DNA of 61,987 bases from Pseudobutyrivibrio sp. (GCF_017934625.1 NZ_JAGBJE010000118.1); one strand, 5' to 3'; positions 32,578-42,651 are shown, counted from the stretch's first letter. A program made the numbers and translations. Notes: generated from the letters alone by a model not told the origin.

Positions 32578-32657
32578 AAAAACTAAAATTTGTATATCGC
32601 GTTTCCGATACTTAAATTGTAGCAAAATCTGGAAACTAAAACAACAGAAAACCGTTT
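32578..32657. promoter_or_regulatory. Two candidate TetR operators
   Basis: AAAC-TAAAATTTGTATATCGC-GTTT (32580-32604) and AAAC-TAAAACAACAGAAAACC-GTTT (32633-32657), both with 17-nt spacers. Confidence 0.55.
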
Positions 32658-32691
32658 ATATATTTTTCACAATTTCTTTACATTATTTTTG

Positions 32692-32720
32692 TTGACAAAG
32701 TACAAATGAGGATATATTAT
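32692..32720 (+). promoter_or_regulatory. SigA promoter of the 42-aa small gene
   Basis: TTGACA-N17-TATTAT. Confidence 0.75.
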
Positions 32721-32764
32721 ATGCACGTAAACGAGAGATGAAGAGTTTTTAGGGGGTAAAAAGA

Positions 32765-32893
32765 ATGTTCGAAGAAGTATCATTCACAATGTACAGTGTA
32801 TATTCAGATTATGAGAAGTATTGCAGAAGAAAGAAAGCAGAAGGCAAGGAGCCAGTATCATTTTTCAAGTATGCTTTCGGTCAGTTCGATTAA
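32765..32893 (+). CDS. Small protein (42 aa), monocistronic (not in the ORF track)
   Basis: MFEEVSFTMYSVYSDYEKYCRRKKAEGKEPVSFFKYAFGQFD; AGGGGG RBS, own promoter and terminator. Confidence 0.75.
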   Translation: MFEEVSFTMYSVYSDYEKYCRRKKAEGKEPVSFFKYAFGQFD

Positions 32894-32917
32894 TTCGAAC
32901 TTTTCATTAAAAACAAC

Positions 32918-32946
32918 AGGGACTCGCAATTGCGAGTCCCTTTCTT
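32918..32946. terminator. Intrinsic terminator between the two convergent small genes
   Basis: AGGGACTCGCA-AT-TGCGAGTCCCT-TTCTT. Confidence 0.8.
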
Positions 32947-32957
32947 ATTATAATTGA

Positions 32958-33125
32958 TTATTCTTCATTAGAATTCAATGCCGCATCTATAATCGACATA
33001 AGCTCCATTGCACTCCGAAAATTAAGCTTTTCATCACGATCAGCCCATGTCACCTGTCCCTGCCAAGTGTCATTTTCTGTCTTATTAACATGTACTACGA
33101 ATGTACCTTCTTTATTCTCTGCCAT
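32958..33125 (-). CDS. Small hypothetical protein (55 aa; not in the ORF track)
   Basis: GGAGGTG RBS; MAENKEGTFVVHVNKTENDTWQGQVTWADRDEKLNFRSAMELMSIIDAALNSNEE. The TWQG...FRS..EL motif is recalled from clostridial hypothetical proteins. Confidence 0.8.
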   Translation of the reverse strand: MAENKEGTFVVHVNKTENDTWQGQVTWADRDEKLNFRSAMELMSIIDAALNSNEE

Positions 33126-33279
33126 AATAGCACCTCCCTAAATTCTTTCTTTATAATAGCACATTTTCCATTATATAAAGCATTATATATCGTTTTTTAT
33201 TTTTACTATCTATTATCTTTTGCATTTTACTCTGCAAACAATTAATATTTATGTATTAAAACATACTTACGGAGGTCTT

Positions 33280-34035
33280 ATGAGTAAATTTATATCATGG
33301 AATGTAAATGGCCTTAGAGCTGCTGTAGACAAAGGCTTTTGGGATTATTTCGATGCTGCTGACGCAGATATATTCTGCCTTCAGGAAATAAAGCTTTCTG
33401 AGGGGCAATTTGATACTGAAAAGGAAGGCTATCACGTCTACTGGAACTACGCTATGAAAAAAGGATATTCCGGTACAGCCATATTTTCAAAGAAGGAGCC
33501 TATTTCTGTAACCTACGGAATCGGCATTGAAGAACACGATAATGAAGGTCGTGTAATAACACTTGAGTTTGAAGACTATTATTTTATCACCTGCTATACT
33601 CCTAACTCACAAAGCGAGCTAAAACGCCTTGATTATCGAATGAAATGGGAAGATGATTTCAGAAATTATCTTTGCAAATTAAATGAATCAAAAGGAGTAA
33701 TTCTTTGCGGCGACTTAAATGTAGCCCATGAAGAAATAGATATTAAAAACCCTAAAACTAACAGACATAACGCCGGCTTTACTGATGAAGAGCGTGAAAA
33801 AATGACAGAGCTTTTAAATTCAGGCTTTGTGGATAGCTTCAGATATTTCTACCCTGACAAAACTGATATCTACTCATGGTGGTCATATAGATTTAAAGCC
33901 AGAGAAAAAAATGCTGGCTGGCGCATAGATTACTTTATAGTTTCTGATAATTTAAAAGGGCGAATGACCGATGCCAAAATACATACTGATGTATTTGGTT
34001 CCGATCACTGCCCTATTGAACTTGATTTAGATTAA
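33280..34035 (+). CDS. xth: Exodeoxyribonuclease III / AP endonuclease
   Basis: [42 protein letters not shown] and GSDHCP motifs. Confidence 0.96.
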   Translation: MSKFISWNVNGLRAAVDKGFWDYFDAADADIFCLQEIKLSEGQFDTEKEGYHVYWNYAMKKGYSGTAIFSKKEPISVTYGIGIEEHDNEGRVITLEFEDYYFITCYTPNSQSELKRLDYRMKWEDDFRNYLCKLNESKGVILCGDLNVAHEEIDIKNPKTNRHNAGFTDEEREKMTELLNSGFVDSFRYFYPDKTDIYSWWSYRFKAREKNAGWRIDYFIVSDNLKGRMTDAKIHTDVFGSDHCPIELDLD

Positions 34036-35285
34036 TTGCTGCGAAGAGCATCAATTGGATTAAGGTTGGCAGCCTGATGGCTTGGTAGTATTCCAAATAC
34101 GATTCCTATAACCATCGAGAATGCTACTGCTACAAAGGCTGCTGGCCATGAAATTGCCACTGGAGTTCCACTCATTATTGAAATAATCTGAGCTAATCCA
34201 ATACCACATGCTACCCCTAGCACTCCGCCCATTGAGGTAAGCACTGCAGCTTCTGTTAAAAACTGGCCCATAATCTTTCCTTTTCTTGCACCAATAGCTT
34301 TCTTTAAACCAATTTCCGCCGTTCTTTCTGTAACAGAAACAAGCATAATATTCATTACACCAATTCCACCTACAAGAAGAGATATGGCAGCAATCCAAAT
34401 CAGCATTGAATTTGTTGATGATGATAACTGCTGTAGACGCTGTGCCTGCTCCAATAAATCCTTCGATTGATATTTGATTGAATCGTCTGTAGGACTAATG
34501 TAAGAATTAATTATATCTGCCGTCTTCTTTCCTGCTGCTGTCATATCATCTGTAGACATTGCACGAATCAAAACATTCTCTGGCTCATCATATCTATAGC
34601 TTATAGGCCAATCCTTTAGTGGGATATAAACTGTACCCGATTCATCCTGCATGTATGTTTCATAGTCTGCAATGGAATTAATTGTTGGTTCAAAGGTCGA
34701 GCGACTTGCAACCACACCGATTACAACATATGAATCCCCACCGATTTCGAGAACTTTTCCAAGTGGTTCTTCATTCTGCAATAAATCCTCTGCTATCTCC
34801 TCATCTATAACACAAAACTTTTTAAATGCATTGCACTCATCATCAGTAAAGAGTCTCCCCTCTTTCACTGTAAGATTTGCTGTGGAAAAATAATCAGTTT
34901 CTACACCCTTTACATATCCTCCGTTCATAGAAGCATTTCCATAATAAACTCCATCATAAATCTGTCTATTGCTATAAATACTTGCAGATTTTACTTCTGA
35001 CAATGAACGGATTTCTTCAAGAACCTCATCACTAATACGTGGCACACCATAAGGTGGTTCGTTATAGCTAAGGTCCATCGGCCAGTCATTTTGATACAAT
35101 TGAATATCAACTGTGTTAGAACCAGACCCTATAAGATTCTCTTTAATCTGTTGATTAGTTCCCTCTATAGTAGAAACGATTGCAATAATGGCTGCTATAC
35201 CAATAATAATTCCAAGCATTGTCAAAAAAGACCTAAGCTTATGTGTCCATATACCTCGAAAGGCTAATCTTAAATTTTCTAGCAT
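34032..35285 (-). CDS. ABC exporter permease (MacB/FtsX family)
   Basis: [12 protein letters not shown], periplasmic core, [20 protein letters not shown] and LNPIDALR motifs. Confidence 0.93.
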   Translation of the reverse strand: MLENLRLAFRGIWTHKLRSFLTMLGIIIGIAAIIAIVSTIEGTNQQIKENLIGSGSNTVDIQLYQNDWPMDLSYNEPPYGVPRISDEVLEEIRSLSEVKSASIYSNRQIYDGVYYGNASMNGGYVKGVETDYFSTANLTVKEGRLFTDDECNAFKKFCVIDEEIAEDLLQNEEPLGKVLEIGGDSYVVIGVVASRSTFEPTINSIADYETYMQDESGTVYIPLKDWPISYRYDEPENVLIRAMSTDDMTAAGKKTADIINSYISPTDDSIKYQSKDLLEQAQRLQQLSSSTNSMLIWIAAISLLVGGIGVMNIMLVSVTERTAEIGLKKAIGARKGKIMGQFLTEAAVLTSMGGVLGVACGIGLAQIISIMSGTPVAISWPAAFVAVAFSMVIGIVFGILPSHQAANLNPIDALRSN

Positions 35286-36832
35286 TAACCTAAGCCTCCA
35301 TCACCATAATCTAAATCTTCAACCTTTTCACAACGAATTCCTTCGATAGCGCCATTTCCATAAGGGAATGCCAAGTAATCCTTCTTAGTAACACCCTTCT
35401 TTATCTCTGTCATAGAGCCCCAAAGGTTCTTACCTACAGTAATATATTCTTTCTTTAAAACATTTGATTTACTCATTTTCATTACATAGCTGCCTGATGC
35501 GTCCTTTCGTATGAAATGTGAAGGAATATAAAAACCACCCTCACCTTCACCCTCAGGTGTTATGGATATATCTACTGCAGAACCAAGCTCTATACCGCTA
35601 CTTCTATCAAAGGTAGCCTTGAATTCATAGTTACTACTGTTATTGTTACCACCACCAGAATAGAAATTACTTTCTGTGCTAGGAATATCACTAATTTCCG
35701 AAATAACAGCCTCGGCAGAAGCACCGTTATCCCATGATGTTATCGAAACTGTATCTCCTACCTTTACACTATTTAGATAAAATTCACCAATGGCACCTTT
35801 AATGAAATACTCGTCTGTAGCAGAAACCGTTACAAAAGGCTGAGAATTATTGTAATTATTCATATCCTGAACTTTTGCAACAGTACCTGAAACCTTCGCT
35901 ATTATCTCACCACTGTCAGAGGTATTTTTCATTACCTCAAGCTCATTTTCAAGCTTTCTATATTCCAAATCCAAGTGCTTAACTGTAGCCTGCTTATCAG
36001 CTATTTCTTCTTTTAATTTGCTAGGAGTAAGTCCATCTGGCTTGCCAGCGTGGATTATTCTTCCTTGATCATCATAGGTATCCTCGCCAACTATCTGCTT
36101 AGTTTCGCCGTCAAGGTACAAAGTTGATGCCAACCAACTAGTTGTTTCCGTTTTTGGTTTGACGGTAAATTTATCGCCATTGGCTTCTATATAGCTTTCT
36201 ATTTCAGTTTTCTCAGCTTCATCCTTCACTTCTTTGTATGATGTTTCATCATCTTTAATTCCATTAGGATAGACAATAGAACCAACCTTTTCCCCTGTAG
36301 TACTGTAGATATATCTAGCCACATAATCATTAGCTTCATAGGTTATTTTACCAATTTCTATTTCCTCAGCAGCCACATAAAGCCTTTCACTTACATATTC
36401 CTTATCTCTATACACCTGCTGTTGATGCATATATTCAGGAATAGGAGTGGTATTTTCCAACCTTTCAAGCTTAATCTGCTCTGCCGTAAGCTCCTGATAT
36501 GCCTTCTGTAGTTGAAGTGTTTTTCCATTGATGTCCTGAGAATCCTTCCTTACAGTAAGTAGAACATCACCTTCATTTACATGGTCACCTTCTTTGACAT
36601 TTACAGCCACGATTTCAGTTCCTTTGGCAATATACGCAGATTGGGACTTATCAGAGGTAACATTTCCATAGCTTTGAATACTATCGCCCCAGTATTCATC
36701 CATTCCCTGGTTTGCCATTGACACAACCTGAACCGTCTTTTTACTCTGCCTATAACTAAAAACTCCATATAACACTGCCACTATAATTCCAAGGATTACA
36801 AAAGCAATAATAAAAGGTTTAATCTTCTTCAT
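35285..36832 (-). CDS. Membrane fusion/periplasmic adaptor protein (HlyD-like) with a large insertion
   Basis: TM anchor, lipoyl halves VKEGDHVNEGDVL and IIAKVSGTV, coiled coils. Confidence 0.82.
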   Translation of the reverse strand: MKKIKPFIIAFVILGIIVAVLYGVFSYRQSKKTVQVVSMANQGMDEYWGDSIQSYGNVTSDKSQSAYIAKGTEIVAVNVKEGDHVNEGDVLLTVRKDSQDINGKTLQLQKAYQELTAEQIKLERLENTTPIPEYMHQQQVYRDKEYVSERLYVAAEEIEIGKITYEANDYVARYIYSTTGEKVGSIVYPNGIKDDETSYKEVKDEAEKTEIESYIEANGDKFTVKPKTETTSWLASTLYLDGETKQIVGEDTYDDQGRIIHAGKPDGLTPSKLKEEIADKQATVKHLDLEYRKLENELEVMKNTSDSGEIIAKVSGTVAKVQDMNNYNNSQPFVTVSATDEYFIKGAIGEFYLNSVKVGDTVSITSWDNGASAEAVISEISDIPSTESNFYSGGGNNNSSNYEFKATFDRSSGIELGSAVDISITPEGEGEGGFYIPSHFIRKDASGSYVMKMSKSNVLKKEYITVGKNLWGSMTEIKKGVTKKDYLAFPYGNGAIEGIRCEKVEDLDYGDGGLG

Positions 36833-37520
36833 TAGCTGCCTCCTCTAATCCTGAATATAGTTTGCCATCTACTATTCTATATGTCTTTTTTGCATGGCTT
36901 GCAATATTAGCATCATGAGTAATCATGATGATTGTAGTTCCTTCATCATTAAGCTTTTGGAACAAATCCATAATAGCAGCGCCTGATTTTTGATCCAAAG
37001 CTCCTGTAGGCTCATCTGCAAGTAACACCTTTGGATTATTTACAATAGCTCTAGCTATTGCCACACGCTGCTTTTGCCCACCTGAAAGCTGGTCTGGTCT
37101 AAACTTAACTCTGTCCGCCAGCCCTACCCTTGTAAGCGCTTCAATAGCACGCTTTTCTCTTTCTTTTTTCTTGACGCCAGCATAGCTTAAAGGTAACGCC
37201 ACATTTTCAATAGCATTTTCTTCATTCATAAGATAAAAGCTCTGAAAAACAAAGCCAATTGAATGAAGTCTTAAATCAGACATCTGTCTATCCTTTAGGC
37301 GTAATACATCTTTATCCTCAAAGAAATATTCCCCGCTTGTTGGTTTATCCAAGCAGCCTATTACATTCATTAATGTACTCTTACCAGAACCAGAAGGCCC
37401 CATTATCGCCACATACTCTCCTTCATTTACTGTAAGAGAAACATCATTAAGCGCCGGCACACTGGTTTCCGAGCCAGATTCCCCATATACTTTAAATATA
37501 TTATTAAGTCTTACAATCAT
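36819..37520 (-). CDS. ABC transporter ATP-binding protein (LolD/MacB-like)
   Basis: [23 protein letters not shown] and [11 protein letters not shown]. Confidence 0.96.
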   Translation of the reverse strand: MIVRLNNIFKVYGESGSETSVPALNDVSLTVNEGEYVAIMGPSGSGKSTLMNVIGCLDKPTSGEYFFEDKDVLRLKDRQMSDLRLHSIGFVFQSFYLMNEENAIENVALPLSYAGVKKKEREKRAIEALTRVGLADRVKFRPDQLSGGQKQRVAIARAIVNNPKVLLADEPTGALDQKSGAAIMDLFQKLNDEGTTIIMITHDANIASHAKKTYRIVDGKLYSGLEEAANEED

Positions 37521-37522
37521 AA

Positions 37523-38716
37523 CTATTCACCTACAATGCCTGATACAGTCTTCATTCCTTCGCTATAGTCTTCCATTGGATATGCCAGTTTCACGTCCTT
37601 ATCAATACCTGAAACCTCATATACCATCTGCTCTTCAAAGTAATCACCAAGCTCTATAGACTTCTTTGCAAGCTTTCCATTATTATCAACCCATACAAAA
37701 GGATTTCCATCTTCATCATATGCTATGTAATAATCATATATATATGTTCCATCTGAAAAATCCATTTCAGGTGCATCTGTTTGACCTATTTCGATATAAA
37801 GATGTTGTCCCATCATTAGGCCTTCACTGTTATCCAAAGTTACATAAAAAGGATATTTAGTAGATGAACCTTCAGCTGAATCTCCACCATAATTATTTTC
37901 ATTATTCTCCTCTTTTGATTCAGTATCAATTTTAGTAATGGTACCTGACCAAGTCTTAGATTCATCTACGCGAGAACGAAGTGTAACAGGCTCATCCACG
38001 TTTATTGCCCATACATTTTGCTCATTTATTTGTCCCTTAACACGCATTTCCTTTGATGCTAAAATCGTAATAAACGCACCATCTGTTGTATAAGGATTAG
38101 TATCATCAGCAATCTTAGTAATAGTTCCGGCTACCGCAGATTTGACTGTCGAATTATTAATCTTTTTATTATTCTCTTCTATCTTAGCCTTTGTTCGCTC
38201 AATAGAATTATTTGTAATTGCATTATCTGTAGTTAGGCCATTGATTTGATTTTGTAAATCTTCTTTTTCATTTTTCTCCTTTTCAGTCTGGCCTTTAATC
38301 TTAGCTATATCAGCTGTAAGCTTTTCAATCTGTCTATTATTGTTCTCAATGGTAAGATTGTAGCCCTCTATATCAAACCCAAACTGAACTATTTCAGCTT
38401 CAAGACTATCTGTTTTATAAGAGAAAAGTGGAGTTCCTTCTGTAACAGTATCCCCTTCAGAAACAAATATCTGATCTAATTCACGTTCTGAGCTTTTAGT
38501 GATACTGGTGGTTTCCTGACCTTCTACAACCCCCATAAAAACATCAGGAGTGTAGCTTGAGCCACCACCCATTATTTCTGATAAAGGTGTTACATAAATC
38601 TGAGATGATTCAGATGAAGAACCAGATGATTTACTTAAGATTCCAGACTTAAATACAAACACTGCAGACGCAGCAATAACAGCAATTAAAATAATTGCTA
38701 TAAGCTTCTTTTTCAT
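37523..38716 (-). CDS. Second membrane fusion/periplasmic adaptor protein
   Basis: TM anchor, VSEGDTVTEGTPLF, coiled coil, VKSAVAGTI. Confidence 0.85.
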   Translation of the reverse strand: MKKKLIAIILIAVIAASAVFVFKSGILSKSSGSSSESSQIYVTPLSEIMGGGSSYTPDVFMGVVEGQETTSITKSSERELDQIFVSEGDTVTEGTPLFSYKTDSLEAEIVQFGFDIEGYNLTIENNNRQIEKLTADIAKIKGQTEKEKNEKEDLQNQINGLTTDNAITNNSIERTKAKIEENNKKINNSTVKSAVAGTITKIADDTNPYTTDGAFITILASKEMRVKGQINEQNVWAINVDEPVTLRSRVDESKTWSGTITKIDTESKEENNENNYGGDSAEGSSTKYPFYVTLDNSEGLMMGQHLYIEIGQTDAPEMDFSDGTYIYDYYIAYDEDGNPFVWVDNNGKLAKKSIELGDYFEEQMVYEVSGIDKDVKLAYPMEDYSEGMKTVSGIVGE

Positions 38717-38781
38717 AAACTATTCTTCCTTTCGATCAGTTGCAAACTGTTCTAGTTTCAATAATACAGTTATAACATTAA

Positions 38782-38810
38782 TATAGAGGTAATGCAACAT
38801 TACCTCTATA
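38782..38810. terminator. 13-bp perfect hairpin after the HD-domain gene
   Basis: TATAGAGGTAATG-CAA-CATTACCTCTATA; weak U tract. Confidence 0.5.
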
Positions 38811-38835
38811 CATTATTTATAATATTTAATTATTA

Positions 38836-39294
38836 TTATCTACACAAAAGTGTTTCCTTTGTTGATATACATTTATCCGCCAAGCAAACTATCCATGCTT
38901 CCCTGCATTTTGGCACTTTAGTAATGTTAAGCGGCCACATATGGCTCTCTATTACACCTTGGGTTTTCTTGCTGATTCCAAAATGATTAGTTGCATTTTC
39001 CATAGCCGTTCTTGAATGAGAAAAACCATGTAGCCCATGTCCCTCATCTGTAACATGCCAATCATATAAATAATAATCATGCAAGAATGCACCCACAGTA
39101 AGTACCTTTTCATCAGCACCTAAGTGAAATCTTTCATTAAGCCAAAAGCTAAGTCTTGTAACGCTTTCCACGTGGTCAAATGTAGATATTCTACCGTGTT
39201 GAACAAACTCCTTCATTCTTTGAACCCTTGCATCTGATTTGAAGGGAGCAAGAATTGATTTAAGTCTTAATTCTTCCTCTGGTCTAAGTCTCAT
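38836..39294 (-). CDS. HD-domain phosphohydrolase
   Basis: QHG..ST.DH, GAFLHDYYLYDW, HGFSH, SHMWP and CLADK motifs. Confidence 0.88.
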   Translation of the reverse strand: MRLRPEEELRLKSILAPFKSDARVQRMKEFVQHGRISTFDHVESVTRLSFWLNERFHLGADEKVLTVGAFLHDYYLYDWHVTDEGHGLHGFSHSRTAMENATNHFGISKKTQGVIESHMWPLNITKVPKCREAWIVCLADKCISTKETLLCR

Positions 39295-39380
39295 AAATAC
39301 CTCCGACTAATACCATAACTTCAATAGACGCATCATATCAAAGAATTATGTACTAGTTGTGAATATTATAAAAAATAATG

Positions 39381-40190
39381 TTATCTGAATTTATAAAAGG
39401 AATCAGTCCTTCTTCCATCATTAAAGGAGCCCAAAAGTATAATTTCACCATCGGAATTGATTTCAGCTATTCCCAATTTTCCTGTATGTTCTTCTAAGTA
39501 TGATATATAAAATACATAAACATCCTCAGTAAAGAAATAGTCATACCTTTGTTCATCTGTAAGCTCTTCCTCAACCTCAAGACAACAATCACCAATATCT
39601 AAATCAAATCTACCTACAAATTCAGTATCCGTTCTTGCAAATGTAACAGTATAGTTTTCCTCAACAGGGAAATCCAATATTATTTGATTATAGGCCTCAT
39701 CCTCTGAAGAAACTGGTGTTACTTCAAAAGCAGAATTTCTTGGTTTTTCAATTGGATTATAGTCTGGAATACTTAAATACAATGCCATAATCCATATCTG
39801 TATTAATGAAATCGCGATTAAACAAACTATAAGTACTATTTGTAGAACCTTTTTTATATTAACATCAAGCTTCTTTTTGCTACTATCATTTTCTTTAATC
39901 TTGATTTGATTCTTGGCGTATTCACTGCCGCCAATTGTCTCCATACAATGATTACAGATTACATGATTATCCGCAGGCTGCCCACAAATAACGCACTTTT
40001 CATCAGTTTGCTGCCCTGCAGCTATGTCGAAAATCCTAGCTTTAAACCTTTTACCAAAAACAGAACCTAGAATCTCTCGCTCGTTTTCTAATCGAAGTAT
40101 TCCCTCAACCACTTCCATACTACTAAAATCGTATTTGGAAGCGAGCTTAACCATATAAAAAAGCTCCTGTTTTAATCTTTCATCCCCCAT
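39381..40190 (-). CDS. Hypothetical membrane protein with a CxxC...CxxC zinc ribbon
   Basis: CVICG...CNHC, one TM helix and an acidic C-terminal domain. Confidence 0.7.
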   Translation of the reverse strand: MGDERLKQELFYMVKLASKYDFSSMEVVEGILRLENEREILGSVFGKRFKARIFDIAAGQQTDEKCVICGQPADNHVICNHCMETIGGSEYAKNQIKIKENDSSKKKLDVNIKKVLQIVLIVCLIAISLIQIWIMALYLSIPDYNPIEKPRNSAFEVTPVSSEDEAYNQIILDFPVEENYTVTFARTDTEFVGRFDLDIGDCCLEVEEELTDEQRYDYFFTEDVYVFYISYLEEHTGKLGIAEINSDGEIILLGSFNDGRRTDSFYKFR

Positions 40191-40198
40191 AATCGCCC

Positions 40199-40861
40199 CT
40201 AATCTATATTTTTTCCTAATTTTTTGTCCATACCCTTAAAACATAGATAAGCCAAGAGCTTATTATCTCGTTCTAAAACCTTGCCAGCATATAGGATACC
40301 CCGTTCTTCCGCCTCAGCTCTAACAATTCTTGTCTTAACAGCCAAGCTGAAATCAGAATCATTAGCATTATCAGCAAAGTTAATCTCCACCAAATCTCCT
40401 ATTGTAACCCTATACGAATTACCAATAAAAGAAATACCGCTATCGCTTATATCTAATACTGATACAGAAAAACGTCTTCCATCTTCCATAAGCGCAGAGC
40501 CTGGAGCTTTAACCATAACTCTTCCATCTTCTCTTCTTTCGCTGGAAGCTGCAATCTTTCCAAAGGCTCTTGCATCAATTGCGTAATAATTTATCCCCTT
40601 GAAATTAACCACATTAACGGATAAATTCTTCCAAACAACTCTTCCATTAGTGTGTGGATCGATACAATGCAATAAAAATGACATGCTTTCTGGGGAACCA
40701 TTTGTAAAATCCACCACCTGTTCATTATAAATGTAAGGCTTTACCAATACCCCAGTGCCGTTGTTTGTACCTACAACTTCTGTTTTAAATTCAAATGATG
40801 AGTCACCTATAATTATCTCTAATGTGACCTCCTGGCCAGCGGCCAATTTATCGATTGTCAT
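40199..40861 (-). CDS. PilZ-domain (c-di-GMP-binding) protein
   Basis: ERREDGR (RxxxR) and DISDSG (DxSxxG) motifs in the C-terminal half. Confidence 0.88.
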   Translation of the reverse strand: MTIDKLAAGQEVTLEIIIGDSSFEFKTEVVGTNNGTGVLVKPYIYNEQVVDFTNGSPESMSFLLHCIDPHTNGRVVWKNLSVNVVNFKGINYYAIDARAFGKIAASSERREDGRVMVKAPGSALMEDGRRFSVSVLDISDSGISFIGNSYRVTIGDLVEINFADNANDSDFSLAVKTRIVRAEAEERGILYAGKVLERDNKLLAYLCFKGMDKKLGKNID

Positions 40862-40945
40862 AATTCTTCTCCCGTAAAACTTATATTACTATTTTACCTA
40901 ATTAATCGGCCTTTTTGAATAAATAATTTGTCTTTATTTATTTTT

Positions 40946-41803
40946 TTATAAAGAGCTCTGCCTGATTGCAGCTTCCACAACATGTTTAACAAGTATACTT
41001 GTTGTCACACCACCTACTCCACCTGGGACAGGTGTAATGGCACTAACTAAATTCTCTACCTCATCAAACCTCACATCACCGCAAAGCTTATTTTTTTCAT
41101 CATTCCAACTAATTCCAACATCAATAACAGTTTGATTTTCTTTAAGATAATCTGCTCCAACACTTTCCATCTGCCCAGAAGCAACCACTACAATATCTGC
41201 TTCCTTGGTAATACTTGGAACATCAACGGTCTTAGTATGACAGATAGTCACTGTAGCATTCTCATGCATAAGAAGCATGGCAATTGGGCGTCCTATAACA
41301 AGCGAACGTCCAATGACAGCTACCTTCTTTCCCTCTATAGGAATATCATAAAATTTAAGGATTTCCATAGCCGCTTCTGCTGTGCAAGGAGAAAAGCCCA
41401 GCTTAGTATTTGTAAAAACTCCAGCCAATGATAAATCTGTACAGCCATCTACATCCTTAGCTGCTAATAGCATATTTCTAGCTTTACTCTCATCAATATG
41501 CTTTGGAAGCGGTCTAAACATAAGTATTCCGTTTATTGTTATATCTTTATTTAATTTATCAAGTGCGTCTAAATATTCTTCTTCCGTTACATCTATTGGT
41601 AATGAAACCACCTTTACCTCAACGCCCACCAGTTCGCAGCGTTTCTTAGCACCTCTTTCGTAGGAAAGATCATCCTCTCGCTCTCCAACTCTAAGAATCG
41701 CAAGTGTAGGATTAATTCCATTTTCTTTAAGCTCCTTAACCTTATCAATTAACTTCCCGTTAAGATTTTCAACAACATCTTTTCCCTTAAGTAATTTAGC
41801 CAT
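40946..41803 (-). CDS. folD: Methylenetetrahydrofolate dehydrogenase/cyclohydrolase
   Basis: KDVDG, PCTA, IGRSLVIGRP, IDVGI, GDV and TPVPGGVG motifs. Confidence 0.95.
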   Translation of the reverse strand: MAKLLKGKDVVENLNGKLIDKVKELKENGINPTLAILRVGEREDDLSYERGAKKRCELVGVEVKVVSLPIDVTEEEYLDALDKLNKDITINGILMFRPLPKHIDESKARNMLLAAKDVDGCTDLSLAGVFTNTKLGFSPCTAEAAMEILKFYDIPIEGKKVAVIGRSLVIGRPIAMLLMHENATVTICHTKTVDVPSITKEADIVVVASGQMESVGADYLKENQTVIDVGISWNDEKNKLCGDVRFDEVENLVSAITPVPGGVGGVTTSILVKHVVEAAIRQSSL

Positions 41804-41815
41804 GCTTCCTCCAAA

Positions 41816-42430
41816 CTATAATCGTGATATAACTTCTGTGTATATAATATTTGCCGTATCAATATATTTATCTAAAAGCTCTTCAACCTCAGTATCAAGC
41901 TTAGCTGCATATTCTTTATCCTTCATGAGCCTGGTATTTACCTTTACGTTTACCGCCGCACCCTTCATAGCACCTGAAAGTAAAGCCACTCCTGTAGCGG
42001 CATCACTAATCATTATCTTTGAACCTTTTTTTGCAAACTCTTCTTGTAAGTCGATGGCATCTCCACAAAGCTTAACAATTTTAAACGGTACAGAAGCAGC
42101 ATTTTTTAGGCATTCTTCCATAATAGCATCTCTTTTTGGATCATCCTTCGAAATAGAATACGCCTTAGATAATGGTTCAAATGCTATTGCGTCTTCATCA
42201 ATACATTCTAATAGCTGTTCTTGCAATATCTTAGCTTTTTTCATCAAAGTCTTAATATCTTCTTCTACATCAGCATAGGTTTTCTTACCAACTGTAAATT
42301 CCCCAACCATATTTCCCAGGGCAATTCCAATACTAGAGACAAGAGCACTTGCCCCTCCTCCACCTGGAACAGATGTCTTAGAAGAAAGTAAATTTGTAAA
42401 CTCTGTAACACTAACATTTAATAAGCTCAT
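41816..42430 (-). CDS. fchA: Cyclodeaminase/cyclohydrolase family protein (FchA/FTCD C-terminal domain)
   Basis: SVPGGGGASA, MVG..T.GK, DEDA.AF and SDA...A..NV.VN motifs; adjacent to folD. Confidence 0.88.
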   Translation of the reverse strand: MSLLNVSVTEFTNLLSSKTSVPGGGGASALVSSIGIALGNMVGEFTVGKKTYADVEEDIKTLMKKAKILQEQLLECIDEDAIAFEPLSKAYSISKDDPKRDAIMEECLKNAASVPFKIVKLCGDAIDLQEEFAKKGSKIMISDAATGVALLSGAMKGAAVNVKVNTRLMKDKEYAAKLDTEVEELLDKYIDTANIIYTEVISRL

Positions 42431-42447
42431 AACATTCCTCCTATAAT

Positions 42448-42475
42448 AAAAGACCTTGGAAATCCTCCAAGGTCT
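42448..42475 (-). terminator. Terminator-like hairpin between the small ORF and fchA
   Basis: AGACCTTGGA-N5-TCCAAGGTCT-TTT on the minus strand. Confidence 0.7.
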
Positions 42476-42651
42476 CAATCACTTATAAAATCAAAAATTG
42501 TCATCTGATTAGAATCTGCGACTAAATTCTCGTAGGTCTCTTGTTCTTCCGCAGTCATTTCCCGCTGAAAAACATATGTCTCTTGTTTTATGACGCCATC
42601 CATATCAAAATACATCTGTCTGTATTTTGTTTTTGTACTGTTATCTAACAT
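42475..42651 (-). CDS. Small acidic protein (about 58 aa) with a C-terminal QMTIFDF motif
   Basis: MLDNSTKTKYRQMYFDMDG...NQMTIFDFISD. A TTGAAA-N16-TAGAAT promoter at about 42690-42717 argues for the 42651 start. Confidence 0.6.
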   Translation of the reverse strand: MLDNSTKTKYRQMYFDMDGVIKQETYVFQREMTAEEQETYENLVADSNQMTIFDFISD

